This document shows, one piece after another, positions 47,934 through 62,054 of a stretch of DNA of 64,000 nt. The DNA lies in NCBI GenBank assembly GCA_010015805.1, contig ML978127.1, forward strand, positions 1,612,001 through 1,676,000, given 5' to 3'. A program made the position numbers and the translations under genes. Under the pieces are notes generated by a model. That model made no database searches. It was not told the DNA's origin and saw only the letters and a list, made by a program, of their open reading frames with translations. Within the stretch, counting starts at the first letter, position 1. Each line of letters starts with the position of its first letter. This DNA comes from Rhizodiscina lignyota. Taxonomy: Eukaryota.

Positions 47934-49718
47934 AAGACCAGACGGGTGGCAATGCCGGAGATCAGTCCTTTAGCTTCAACTAGCTCGTACGCCTCGCTAT
48001 GACCACAGCGGATCAAAGCGTATTTAAAGGCGCGAGATGGTGAAGCCGGAATGATCAACCGGTCGAAGAGGAAAGGCTGCCGTGAGGCAGATATTGTGTG
48101 TGGCCGATATGGACGACTCAATCGCAGAACGATGGGAACGTGGGTCGGCGGTATGGTGGACGAGGACGAGGGGTCCCAATGAGGAATGCTGAAAACAGCG
48201 AAATGCTCTGCTTGGATTCTCGATGTCGGCTTGCAGTTCGGTGCCGTTGAGTTGAGGGTTCGGGTTCCGGAGAGACGCAGGGTGGGTGTTCGATGACGAA
48301 ACGAGGGGTCTTGGGTCGATGAAGGGTGCAAGGTGCAGCGCGCCACAATGGTACAGGCAAGAAGATGGAGGCGAGTGTCTATATGTCCGAGGTGCAATGC
48401 AATGGATGAGTTGGGTGCTGTCTCTGTCGACGGAAGAATGAGGAAGTCGCGACGTCGCCGTGGTGGCACTGCCGGATACGGCAAATCGCGATATGCTGAG
48501 TCCAGCGACGCGACGGGCCACATGTGACTTGCGCTCGTGCGCTGACTGGGTGCTTTGCTCCTCACACTTAATCCTTCTCCCGCAAACACCGTGGAATGGC
48601 TCAATTGCTTCTACAACGTTCGCACGGCGCGCTTTGCGATTGGACTGCCTCAATGCTCCAGATAGCCGCATCCAGGAACGCAACGCACGCAATAGAGTAC
48701 CCCGCATCACCAACACTCCAAGCTCCAGGAGAGCTTTGAGCTTCCGGATGGCAGGAGTTCTGATATATCATGATGATGGAATCAGATGAGAAACCTCCAT
48801 CACCCTGACACCCACGTTATCAATCCACGTGTCGCGGTACGTACTGCCGAACCATAGACTGATCGAAACGTGAAGCGCGACGCGCTGCACTCAATCAAGC
48901 ACGGCTATCATCAGCGCGAATGGACATGGCGGCAGCAGCAACAAACCGGTCCACCGGAAATGCCACCCGCGCCATGTGTACACTCACTTGCAGAATCCAG
49001 GTCGGAATTTCGCGCTCTCTGGACTTTGAATTCTGGTCCTGCCCTAGACAAGGAGAACGCTATTGGCCGATACAACAACCAATGTCCCAGGCCGCCGGAA
49101 GCGCAAAGCCGGCGTAGAGCTGATACATTTTAATTACATACGATACGGCAAGCTGCGCCACTGTGGCTGTCGACTGGTCTTGGCGGGACCAAGCATTCGG
49201 AAGGCAAATAATGATTTTCAGTCCCGGGGGAGATTTTCCGTACTAATTTGAGTTCATTCGTGTGCGGTGACCAATCCTTCGCCGTCCCCAGGAAAAGGCC
49301 CCACAACTGACACTGCGGGGAAATATGGCCTATGGACCGGTGCATCTACTCCCGACCAGTATCAGATTACTCCGCTCGACAAGAGCCCCTATAATTAAAA
49401 TTACTCCGTCCTAGGGCTACTCGGGAGAACATGCACCGACGTCCGCCATGGCTAATAAGAAAGCTTGATCGAGGCGATGGCCAGGCGAATGGGACGTTGC
49501 GAATGCGAAGCTGCTACCGTGTGCCCGGAAAAATGGCCCTACTGAGTGGAGATGTGGGGTTGTGGAGGTCAAGGTCCGGAGCAAGCTTCATTCAATTGAG
49601 CTAAGATCGGGATTACCATACGAGCGTGTTGCCACAGGGATAAAGATCTAAAAACCCAGTCGTGCCTGCTTCTCTTTCGTTCTCATCGTCCCTCACGTTT
49701 CTCTCAGAAATCGTCAAC

Positions 49719-51486
49719 ATGAATAACATCACAGAGAAGCCGACTTCAGCGTTGGAGGTCGAGGCGCAGCCCAACTCCAAGGATGGACCTGTGTACGATG
49801 TTGGCGAGAAGGTTGACTACGACAGAACGGGCGCCATCGATGCCGAGCAGATCGAACATAACATGACTGTGCTCCAGGCTGTCAAGGCCTATCCCGCTGC
49901 CAGTTGGTGGGCACTCGTCATGTCATCCACCATTGTATGCTCTTGCCCATGATAGGCGGATCTTTTCTCTAACGCTGCGATAGATCATGGAGTCGTACTG
50001 TGTTTTCTTGATGGGACAGTTCGTAGCCACAGCTCAATTCGAAAAGGATTTTGGTGTATACAGCGAGAAAACCCAAGGTTATATCATCGAAGCTTCATGG
50101 CAGTCAGCATTCCAGTGTAGCGGACCAGTTGGTGCCTTCATCGGTGTCTTCATCGCAGGTCCCATTACCAGTTGGATTGGATATCGATGGGCAACCATTG
50201 GCGGTCTCATGTTCTTGAACGCCTTCATCTTCATCTTCTATTTCGGCAACAGCCAGGGCGTTTTCTTCGCGGCCCAGATCCTGGAAGGCATCCCGTGGGG
50301 CATTTTCATCGCCAATGCGCCCGCCTACTGTGCCGAAATTGTGCCACTGAGATTGAGGGCTCCGGCGACGCAGATGTTGCAGATGTTCTGGGCTATTGGG
50401 TCGATCATTGTCGGCGGTATCACTTACCACTACCAATCCAGGCCTGACTCCAGCTCGTACAGGTTCGTCCGCTCCCATAGATGCCATCGAGGAGCACTGT
50501 ACTAACAGTCATACCAGAATTCCCATTGCACTCCAGTGGATGTTTCCTACTCCTCTCGCTATCCTTATGTTCATCGCGCCTGAATCACCCTGGTGGCTCG
50601 TACGAAAGGGCCGTCTGGCTGCGGCAGAGAAGGCTGTCAAACGCCTTGGACGCGCGAGTGCAAATGATAATCCTGCTGACGCAGTCGCAATGATGCGTCG
50701 CACGATCGAGCTTGAGAAAACCGAGAAGAAGCCCACTCTCATTGAACTGTGGAAAGGTACCGATCTCTACCGCACATTGATTGTGTGCGGTGTGTACGCA
50801 TCTCAGAATCTGACGGGCAATCTGATCGCTAACCAAGCGGTTTTCTTTTTCAAACGTGAGTCCAACCATCTTCTGCAATCTCATAGCAGACTAACACCAG
50901 CTCAGAGGCCGGCATGGCAGACAACACCGCATTTGCACTTGGTCTCATCACTTCTGCCCTCCAGTGGATCATGGTCATGCTCTCTTGGATTCTCACCACA
51001 TACCTCGGCCGACGCACCATCTATGTCTATGGTCAATTCATCAACTGTGGATTCTTGATCGCGCTCGGTATTGCGGCTTCAGTTGGCACCAGTAAGGCGG
51101 CTAGCAATGCCCAAGCATCACTTGGCTTGATCGTCTCCGTCCTGTTCTGCTTGGGACCCGCCCCTGCCTCATGGGTCATCATCGGCGAGACATCTTCCGT
51201 TCGTCTCAGGCCACTGACAACCGGTATTGGACGTGGTGCCTACTACTTGGTCAATATTCCTTGCATCTTCCTTGCCAGCTACATGCTCAACAGTGATAAG
51301 TGGAACCTGGGTGGCAAGAGCGGCTACGTCTGGGCTGGCACCGCCTTTGTCTGCACCGCCATGGCTTGGATGTGGGTTCCAGAGATGAAGCACAGGTCCT
51401 TCCGTGAGATCGACATTTTGTTCACGCGTCATGTCCCGGCTCGCAAGTGGAAGCAGACGGTCATCGATATCAACGACGATGAGTAG
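49719..51486 (+). CDS. MFS sugar porter, alpha-glucoside/maltose-permease-like
   Basis: IEASWQS, AYCAEIVPLRLR, PESPWWLVRKGR, GRRTIY, GETSSVRLR and VPEMKHRSFREID. Introns 49935-49983, 50463-50517 and 50856-50905. Confidence 0.94.
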
Positions 51487-52900
51487 ATGGAAATTACTGT
51501 TCGGAGAAGCCTGAGTGGCATCACTTGTGCAGGAATAGGCGGCAAGCCCTTGGATAAATATCGAACATATGTAACTTGATCGGATGAATCCGAAAACGCA
51601 AAACTGTACGCCGCTTGCACGCACCCCTTTTGTTTTATAGTATTACATTATCTTTACTGTAGCATCTATTTCTACTTGTTTACAGAATGTGCAAAAGAAC
51701 ATACTCCTCGAAAATCTATGAATGCGGTGATAGAGTGGAGGAAGACGTCACGTTCGACACTTGCGGTAATCAGATAGCGGCAGATCAAGGTTACGCAAAA
51801 TCCTTTGGGCTCGAATAAAGTCAAGGGAAATACGGCAAGAATGACTGCAGAAACGCTTAAGCTGACCTTGTGAGTTCTATGTTGCCAGCCATTCTTCAGC
51901 AGAGCTAACACAATGTCCGGATATAAGCTCTCTTGGATAGGATGATAAGTAGCCAAGCGAGCAGAGCAATAGATGTCATCTATTTTCATGTTGCACTCTG
52001 TATTTCCACGATATCCTTACATCTATCACATGACCTAAGATAGAGCCCCTTCGCATCTGGAAACCCGCCTCGCCCAAACAGATTGTCAAACTTCTGTCTA
52101 TATTGGCTCTGGTCGGTATATGTGGTACGAAGCACAGAATATGAACTCTGCAGAAAGGGAGGGGGTCCATTTTCGGCTCGGATTTCGCTTGAGTCAGCAG
52201 TGTGGCGCGACTCGCGCTAAATAAAAGACGAGTGTAGGCGGTATTTGCAGCCCTTTACCATTCGCGCAGGGGATCACGCGGCAACCAATGATATGAATTC
52301 TTGGCGGCCAGGGTGTAGAACGAGATAAAGTCGAGAGGGCGCGGCATTCCGACACCGATTTTGCAAGCGAGTGTAGCTATACAGCTTCATATCAGCTACG
52401 GCAGACAAACCCAAGCGTGCGAGTGGAGCATACTCCATCTCCTGCCGGAGGTTCACTCCTATTGGGTGGCATGCCCACCATTTTCCGGAAGCAAGACGGC
52501 CGCCAAACTAATCGGAACAGTTGCGATATCGTCTGCTGGTGTCTGCACAGACAAACTAAGATCGGAGAGCTTACGACGCCTCGCAGATCTCCAAGTCCAG
52601 TCCGGGGCTTAACTGCCGACTTGGAGCATTTTGCAGGAGCCGGTCCCAGCGAATGTCCGCCCTGAGGCTGATACCCCCGCCCGAATGTCATCACCATCCA
52701 AGGGTGCAGGCAAGCTATACCGTATTCGGCACGTCGATGCAAAGCAAGTGTGAATCTTTAGCAAGATTTCTGAAACGATTCTTCTGTCGCGTGCTTCTTT
52801 AAATATCCCACTTCTGCTACTTTCTCTATTTTCTACCCGTTTAATCAGTCATCTCTCTCTCGTTTTATGTTCTGTTCCTTGCTTGAGAAATGCGATTAGC

Positions 52901-54781
52901 ATGGTCTGGGCGATGTTGGCCGTGGTAGTAGCGGCCTCTGCAGTGATCGCTCGCGCCGACCAGCAAGCTCCTTACGCCGACAATCCCGGATATGAGAAGG
53001 GAGCATTTGGTCCTTATCCTAACCAGACGTTCGTTTCGAATCCCAATGTGACTGCGCCGGTCTTCAACATCATTACACCAGCTGCAAATGGAGTCGCCAA
53101 TGCCGACTACCTCTTCCTTGGACCGAAAGGAGACCCTGTTAAGCGACAACGGCCAACTATCGTGAATGCGACTGATTTATCGATTATGTGGGCCGATACT
53201 GGGAACATCACAGGAGAACCCCTTGATGTTCGCGTGCAATCGTACAATGGTAAAGACTATATCACATTCTTCTCGGGCTCAGACGGAGGTAGTGGGTACG
53301 GAGGTGGCTACTACTATATGGTAAAGCCTGTCAAGTGCTAGATTGAGTATGATACTAATATCCTCTCAGTTAGACGACAAGTACAGCCTAGCATACAATC
53401 TGAGCGCTCAAAATATTTCAGTGCTGGGTGATTTTCATGAATTCCAGCTGACCGACAACGGCACCGCGCTAATCACGGTATACGAACCAATGCCGTTCAA
53501 CCTGTCCATCATTGACAGTGACCTTACCAACGGCTTCATTGTTGATAGTCTCTTCCAAGAGCTAGACATTGAAACCGGGAAATTGGTATTTCAGTGGCGT
53601 GCGTCCGACCACTATCAGCTGAATGCAACATACAATCCACTTGGGGTTACGGGGAAGAGAGAAAACGCGGGTTTCGACTGGTTCCACATCAACAGCGTGC
53701 AAAAAGACCAAACTGGCAATTATCTGGTGTCTTCACGTCATCTGCACACCGTTACTTATATCGAGGGTCAATCTGGAGACATCATCTGGATTCTCGGTGG
53801 CAAGCTCAATCAATTTAAGGACCTATCCGGTGGGAACGCAACAAATTTCGCATGGCAGCACAATGCGCGCTGGACCAATGACAGCCTTACCGGGCTAACA
53901 ATTTTTGATAACGGAGCGAGCGGCTTCAACACAACAAGACCGTATACACGCGGACTTTTGCTCAACATTGATCAGGACGCCAAAACCGTTCAACTCGTCC
54001 AAGAATATCTCAACCCTGAAAGAATTTCCTCCATATCACAAGGCAATGTCCAACTCCTCCCCAACAAGAACGTCCTCATGGGATACGGCGCCAATCCTGC
54101 AGTAACTGAATACGCGGCGGACGGAACCGTGCTATGGGATATCCAGTTCGGAATCTGGAACGATACCGATGTGCAGAGTTACCGTGCGTACAAGATGAAT
54201 TGGACCTCCACGCCAAACACGAAGCCTGCGCTGGCGCAGACGTTTCCGCCGCAGAGGAACGGGAGCAGAGACTTGTTTGTGAGCTGGGCCGGTTCTACGG
54301 AAGTGAGAGGATGGGCGGTGCTTGGAGGCAATAGTACCGCAATGCTGAGTAATTCCACGTGTGTCTCCGATTCGCCTTCTCTTTCGCGATACAAGGTGTA
54401 TGGGACTGATGATAGTACAGACAGAATCTTTTCAATGTGACCAAGTCCGGCTTCGAAACTTCCATTACATTAAACCGCACGTATCATTACGTACGTTGTG
54501 CTGCTCTTTCTTCAAACGGCACAGTTATTGGAGCTACCGACACGCTCAACCTGCTCAATAACTCGCTCGTGTCAACCAATAGCACAGTGGACCTAAAGCC
54601 TCCTCCTCCACCTCCACCACCAAGTTCTTCAAGAACCCCTTCTGCGAGCTCGACTAGCGCTGCTCCGGCAAGTAGCAGCTCTGGAGGCGGTGAGCGAAAT
54701 CTGGAACCACCGTGGAAGGAGACCTGGGCAGGGAGTACGATGCTTGGGATTGTGGGTTTGGCGATGTGGATATTAGCGTAG
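52901..54781 (+). CDS. Secreted arylsulfotransferase (ASST)-like beta-propeller with probable GPI anchor
   Basis: Signal peptide; GDFHEF, DWFHINSV, SSRHLH, WQHNAR, FDN, SQGNVQ, SYRAYK and KSGFET. Introns 53321-53369 and 54359-54420; Pro/Ser-rich stalk then hydrophobic tail. Confidence 0.88.
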
Positions 54782-55061
54782 TACGAATGGGCCAAACAGA
54801 ATTCATCAAAGAGCAAGGATTAATGTGTATTATCTGTAATGAGTGTATACTGTAAGTTGCAGACCAGCTTGCATACAATTCAACCACAATATTCACAATC
54901 TGGACCTAATTCACTATCACACATATTCCGCATCCCCTTTCACTTCCGCTTCTGTCTGTATTTCGATCTCATCTCTCAAACGCACCCATCTATCTCAAAT
55001 TGGGATATCCTTCAAATACGGCTCCGGAAGCCTCCGCCACTTACACTCATACCTCGTCTTC

Positions 55062-55842
55062 TCAACAACCGTAAACGTGCACGGAAACTTCTCCAGTCTT
55101 ACACAGCTTCTCCACTTCCTTCGTCGCATCACTTACTTCCTTCCTCTCCAGCGCCTTCCCAAGCGCCTCCGGGCTCTCCCACCCACTCAGCACAATCACA
55201 ACGCCCTGGCCATTCTTCATCCACCCCTGCGGATCATGCCGCGGCGGGTTCCGCGCATCGCCCGACACGACTTCTACGAAGCCCGAGGACAGGGCATACG
55301 CGTCTTTCAGGGCTGTGAGCAGAGCAGCGAAATTGGGCAGGGAAGAGGGCGGAAGCACGTAAAAGGAGAGGTAGGTGACTGGTGCGCGGAGCCAGGCGCG
55401 CGACTGGGTGGTCGTTTGGATGTGGTACATGTTGAAGTCGCCGGTCATGAGGTCCATGATGGGCTTCGAGAGGGTGCCTTGCTCGTTCATGAAGCGCTCG
55501 TGCTGTGGGTAGGATTCCCAGTCTGCGGAGGGGGTCAGTCTCGTCGCTTCTTCGGCATGCGTGTGTATTCGGGATTTGTTGAAGGGTCCGAAGAGAGAAG
55601 CAGAGCGGAAGGGGGAATTGAACGAATGCAAGAGGGGAAAGGGACAGACCGACGAGGAACATATTAATGTCACGATTATGGTGGTTCAGTGACCATGAGG
55701 ACCGGATGAGACCGGGGATGTTCATGACATGGGAGAATATCTCACGCCAGACTTCTCCATCGGCAGTTAACTCATCGTCAATAGTGCGGCCCAGTATGGG
55801 CGCTATTGCAATCTCGAGGATGGGAGTAGCGTGCGTAGTCAT
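55062..55842 (-). CDS. Hypothetical protein, probable dimeric alpha/beta-barrel (ABM-like) fold
   Basis: Intron ~55649-55523 joins ...IPGLIRSSWS...MFLV|DWESYPQHERF. The second half has LSGWESPEA, giving a duplicated WES motif typical of tandem ABM-like barrels. Confidence 0.65.
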
Positions 55843-56509
55843 CGTGAACTTTAACCAATGCGAATCTGAATTTGCTTCATCAAACAGTGAATGAAATGTT
55901 TTTCACGATTTGAAAGAGACAGCAGAGTGCGAATTACACGGTGTATATAAAGAAAGCTCTCAATGTGATAGTTCGCAAATGAGCTAATAAGAGCATGGGC
56001 TAAAGTGATGCTTGAAACGGGAAGCAACTCTTTCCAGATGCGGAATTCGACCACTCGAAGCTTTACACCTCGAGAACCATGATTTCTTAGATCGGTTCTC
56101 CTTCTCAATATATCAAGATCGTACAATATACGTGGTAATAAAGCTAATCACATTTTCCGTAAGCGGAAACGGACTTCCTCAATCTCCCGCATAGGCATAA
56201 GGTATTCGTTACCTGCATTGATATACTCACAACCCAGTCTTCAATTTTATCCCTCTTGCGTGCAGTGACAAAGCATGATACTTTGTTTGATCAGGGAAAT
56301 TGAGTCTTCCTCATTTGACTTTATGGAAAATGGTCGATACGTTGGAGCATTTATTGCAGGTCAAAAGTATCCATCCAGTCTTACATGCACCTTTAAGTAC
56401 TTTTCTTGGCTTGAGCATCAACATGAGTGAGCAGCATGTTGAATCTATAGAAATGAAATCCACAGCATGTTCTATGCAGTTGAGTAAGCGCATATCAGCA
56501 CCGTACATA

Positions 56510-59500
56510 CTATTCTTCAATATCTGAGTCCTTGTCGTTGCTTCTGTTGCAATCGATAAATTCGCCGTACCATCTGTCTATGTAGTCGCTGTTGTCTTCT
56601 TCCGTTTCGTCTACTATCCTTTGCCTGCCATCGAAAGGCCAGACTGACTCCACTGGTCGATTGAGCAACTGGAGCAATGCGTCCCGCCTTTCTTTAGGCG
56701 TTTCCAGCAGCAATATTTCGCTACATTTGTCCTTTAGAGCAGTGTCGGAGCTGTGGGTTATGAGAATACTTATGGCAGTCTTGACCGGACCCCAGCCCAC
56801 GCTGTCTTGGTCGGCGATGTCTTGGTCGGCGATGCCTCCGTAAAAATAGAGATGCTGATCGCGCGCCAGAACAGCGTTTTCGATAACGTAGGATAGGGGT
56901 GTTCGGCCGGCATCATCTTTTGAGTCGACATCAGCTCCCTTTTCAAGAAGGATTTTCAGTATTTCTACTTTCTCTTCCATCTCTACACGGTATAGGATGT
57001 CTGATAATGAGCCCGCAGCCCATGATAATGGCGTTCGCCCATTATCATCTCTTGAGTCTACTTCAGCGCCCCATTTAAGGAGAAGCTCTATAGACACTGA
57101 GTCTGCCGACCCAAATCTGTTTCCTGCTACAAGCGATAATGTTGTTCGGCCATCTACATCTTTAGAGTTAACGTCTATGCCGTTCTCAAGGAGGATCTTC
57201 ATTGCGACTGCATCGAGTATCACGTCCATGAGCGCAGTATGACCCCCTCCGGCTCTAGAATTAATATCTACCCCAGCGTCAAGTAGAACTTGCACCGCAG
57301 CTTGATTCCGCGATTTTGCGGCGAAGATGAGGCGTTCCTCGCTGCTTATATGGTCGGAGGTAACATCCGCACCCCTTCCAATTAACAGTTTCATGGTGTC
57401 TGAATTTCCATACTTTGCGGCTAAACAGAGAGGTGTCGTGCCCGCGAAATCTCTGCGGTTGACATTTATGTCATCACGCTCGAGTAACGCTTCCATTGCT
57501 GTCGTATGTTGATATTCGCTCGCTAGAAAAAATGGTGTCCTTTTATAACGATTATTTGAGTCGTCGGCCATTGTGTGATCTACGTCGAGCAAGACTCGAA
57601 TCACTTCGGCATGCCCATTTCCTGCAGCAAAGTGCACCGCTGTGTAGCCATCGTCGTCTCTTGAGTTCACTCTGGCATCTTGCCGACCGACTAAGAACTT
57701 GACGGCATCAAGGCGGCCCCCTGATGCCGCCCATATTAACGGCGTTCGACCCTCTGAGTCCCTTCCGTCTGCATCGAGAGACAGATTTCTGGCTGACCCA
57801 GCTAGCAGTTTGTCCAGTAAGTACACGAGTCCCATTCCAGCAACCAGATGTAATCCATTCAGCCAAGTAAGTGCCCCAGAGTAACCCGTGTAAAGAACTC
57901 CTGGTCGGCTTAGTTCTGAAAGGTTCGCTATTTGTTCAGTACGTAAAACAAGGTTATCGTTGCGGAGAAATATGCTTGCTATATCAAAAAGCTCCTCTTG
58001 AACATGCTGCAGGTGCTCGTGCCAGTAGCAGGCAGCATAATCCAAGAAAGGGAGGTTTGATTTCCTGTTCTCGGTCCTGTTTCGTATCTTGAACCATTTT
58101 TCAGACCCATCCTCGTCCTGGTTGTCAATATCATAGGAGTATAGCGAAACATCACCCAACGACACATATGTCAGACAGACAGACGCAATTTCCTGATGGA
58201 AATTCGCCGTCCATATGCGTCGATTCCGTTCGAAGTACTCTTGGGTGGTGTAATGCACTAGGCGCAAAATTCCGCTTTCCTCCTCAATCGTCACGAGCCC
58301 CGCACAGTCGGAAACAGTAACCGTGATCGGAGGGATGTTGTCTGCATCGAATGCTTTGTCGCCAGGTTCCACGGCCAGAGCATGTCCTAGCTGATTGACA
58401 TTTAGTGGCACCCTTGCATGTATAATCCATTGAATCAGCCGCGTTGCGTCCTCCCTTTTCTCAATCGGGAGACCGTTTATTCTCTCGATAGCTTCATCAT
58501 ACGCTTCATCGTAGACATGAGCGAGGTCATTGGCATCACTTCGAGTTCGGCTCCGTTGAAACCTAGTCAGGGCATCTTTGACCTGTCTTTTCCTGGTTTT
58601 GGGAAGCAGCGATTCTACGTAGAGACGAGCGAGAAGAAACCTTTCGGAGTCGTGAGTCTCATTATCAAAACATTGCATCGTAGTAAACTTACATGCCATC
58701 CACGGCGCCGGCAATTGCGTTCTGAATCTCGTTCTGAATCTCGCTATCCTGGCGAATGCACTCTGGCATTCGGTGAAGCTGGCCAGCCACATACCGTCTC
58801 ACGTCCTCTTCACTCGCACGAACTTCCAAAGGGCTAGTTTGTTTAAACATAGCTTCTATCTCGGGGATGAAGCGTGATGTAACAAGAAGGCGGACGTCGG
58901 TAATTTGTTGCAATTCGAGCAGATCCTTAACAAGGACTTCACGAGTGTTACGGTCTTTGCACTCATCAAGAGCGTCGACCACAATGTAGGCAGCAGTGTA
59001 GTTGTCGAGAGCTGTTTTTAGCGCCCCAAGAATTTCTGCCGGAGTAGGCCTGGTGTTCTTCATAGGATATTTCTCGTAGAGTTGGAAGACTGATGCTGCA
59101 GCTGATGGCTGAACTTGTACCAATTGCTTAAGCATCGCTGCTAGAATATCGGCTTCTGTTTGACTTGCTTTGCCCTTGTAGTTACAAAACACAAAGGCAA
59201 CTCCGACGTTGTGGGGCAGATCTACTTTAAGGTGGTCGATAGTGGCAGCTGCCATCATCGTTTTACCAGCGCCAGGAATCCCGGGACAGAACAATGTTTG
59301 CTTAGGCATATCGCGCCAGTTGATGAACTCTGGATACTCGAGAAACCATTTCCCTGTGCCAGCCTGCTTTCGGGAAATGATGTCGGATTGCTGAACTTCG
59401 AAATCGTCAGAAGAAATCCAGTTCATTATCTCTTGATAGCGCTGGTGGTTAACGTTCTGCTGTAACCCGTCTGCTGTACTCTTGATTTCTCGAGTTTTCG

Positions 59501-60184
59501 CTTCAAGTTCCTTGGTTGTCGCTTGGATTGATAACGCAACTTTTTGGGTTCTGTCAGTGGTTTCGAGAACTGATTTGGTATCCTGACGGATTTCCTGGGC
59601 GGCTTTCATCGTTCCTTCGGTGTCTGCTTTGATGGCTGACACCAGTTTGCTACATGTTGTTAGCGAGCTCCAGGCAACGAGGATACGGTAAGGTTCCCCA
59701 AGATCCCAAATATTGTGTCCTCGTTCTCAAGGGGTTAGGCCTGGACGATGGTTCATACTTACAAGTTGTCAACCTCCAGTGCAACAGCTATGAGGCCTTT
59801 CAGACGTTCCATTCGTCCCAGGATATCGGCCACCTCCTCCTTCGTAAATTTCCACACGAGTGCATCCTTGACCGTATGTAGTTTACTCCGATCCGATCTC
59901 TTTGCGCCTGATAGCCTTTCCTGTAGCTGCAGCAACCCAGTGTAATACTGATCGAAAGGGCCATTCTCGACATTAAGTGCGCGGATAGTTGTACCCCATG
60001 GTGTATTAATGGAGTCCTCGATGAGGTAATTGAGGGTAGTGAGGAGGTTGAATAGCTGAGACGCCTCTATCGCGAGCCTCGCACGATCCTTCGATGAGGT
60101 CTTGACAGCATTAAGGTAGCTGATCACTTCGCCGGTGAATTCCAGAAGAGCAATAGTGCTCGCAGTTATACTGAGCGGGTCCAT
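56510..60184 (-). CDS. Fungal NLR-like STAND protein: HeLo-like N-terminus + NACHT + ankyrin repeats
   Basis: MDPLSITASTIALL; intron 59762-59650; GTGKWFL, P-loop GIPGAGKT, IVVDALDEC, LVTSR; intron 58692-58641 restores GMFLLARL; VHYTTQEYF; about 10 ankyrin repeats (GRTPL). Confidence 0.93.
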
Positions 60185-62054
60185 CGTATGAAGACAACGG
60201 GGGAGGTCATCTCATCGGAGGTGCTGAGAGAAGTCGATACCAATGACAGGAGATTAAGGAGCGATGCCCTTCATGATGTAATAGAAGATGATTGAGATCT
60301 GAGATGGACTAAGGAAGGAAAGGCAGAGTTTGAACGCTCTGTGGAGTTAACAAGGCTGAGGACTGATGTTACACTTCAGCTGCGCCGCCACATTGCAGCA
60401 GCTCCAATCAAGAACCCTCACCAGACCACACGTGCTTCGTATATTCATTGCAGCAGATAGAAGGCATGGATCTAGAAGCAGAGGCCAACTTTTCATTGTG
60501 TTGTTGTCTTAATTTTCATGTCCATTCTCATTTTACTCATTTCGTGACTACACTACTCCGCACTGGATCGATGGAGACTGTCGTCGTCCCTGCTTTTTGC
60601 TGACGGTAGCCACGTAGAATTTAATGCCCGTTGCTTTAGGCGCCCATTCACGAGTCTGATCCTTTGCCCTTACGATTCTAACGCGCCTGAGGAATGCAGG
60701 GCAGAGTGAGGCCACCTGTTAAGGGTCTTCGCTGGCGAAAGGTATTCGTCCTGTGTCTGGTGCCTTTTGAAGTGGTCAGCGAGGCTGCGGACATGGCCTA
60801 AACTGCGATAGTCCCCACGACGGTCGCGCCTATCAGTTTAGAGACAGGAAATGCGCTGCTGGAGGCAGATCCGCAAGGGTCAGCAGTCTGCCCCAGGAAC
60901 ATGGGCATGCGATCGAATCACAAGCTGGAGTTGTGGTGCAGCAACCATTCGCACGAGACCAGGTGGTGCAGGTGAACAACCCCTGTAGGTGCGTTATCGG
61001 GGGCAGCTGCTAAAAGATCAATGTTGTAACCATGATGGACGACTCCAGGAAAGACTCTGAGAGCGCCATGAGATGGAAAGACGATGTACTGTGCGAAGGT
61101 ACTGTAGATGAGATCTGAATCAATGCGTTCTGATGACGACGATGACGGTCGATCGATGGTGGAAAGGGAAAGTTGGAAGAATCAAGATGCGATGGACCTT
61201 TGACGTGCCTCACCGGCGCCAAGACGCAGGCCCTGCTCTCCGCAGCTGTTGCAGGCTTTCGCACCCCATCCTCCATTGCAGGCGTCGTGCTCCAGCATCG
61301 TCTTGGAGCTTCACTTGCACCCCCCAATTGCTCTCTCTGCTGCTGCGAGCCGTCCTCCTCTTCCACTCCTGCTGAAGCGGAACTACCAAGGCTGCTAGTC
61401 TTCTGCGAGGCATCTCCGAGTGCATGCGTGAGTGTATGACTGCGGCGACTGAGGCGAGCAGCCACCTGCACCCGCCAAACCCCAAGCGTCATTCGCAGCT
61501 GGACCCAGCACTCCCCCAGAACAGTCACATGGAGTCCTGAATCATCGCTCTCTCTCGCCGTCATCCTCGTCCGGCTCATCGCAAACTTCCTTCGACCTCC
61601 ACCGACCTGCACAGCACCCTTTTTGACACATCTACACGAACACAGCGACAGCCACCTTCAACACTTGAGGTCGAGACGATCTGCAGCACCCAATCCCTGT
61701 CTTATCTCCGAGACATCACGTCGAGGCAGCAACAAAGCAGTGAGAACTTCACCACCACCATCGAGTCAATAGGCACCGCAAGCATGGCTGCCTGAGTACC
61801 TGGCTGAAGGCACTCTCTGTGATTCGTCGTGGTCCCCTTTCCATCTCTCCCCGCCTGCTGCGGAACGTTGAAGCTTAGCTGGTCGAAAAGTAACACGAGA
61901 CGTTGGACCATCGAAATATGGCTCCCTTCACTGTCAACGATCAACTTCCACCTTCGCAGAATTAGACTTCATCGAGCTCCACACGCACTTCAGCCAGCTC
62001 GACACCCCCACCACTGCCCATCCCCCTATCAGCGGGTATACCTCCGCAACCACG

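Noticed and set aside
47930..48789. Long ORFs of 224 and 230 aa upstream of the BTB gene
   Set aside because: Non-ATG starts, no domain motifs; most likely 5'UTR/promoter sequence open by chance.
54839..55667. 274-aa plus-strand ORF
   Set aside because: Antisense shadow of the spliced minus-strand ABM-like gene; no motifs.
61010..61612. 200-aa minus-strand ORF between the NLR and atg13
   Set aside because: GTG start, low-complexity composition, no recognisable family.
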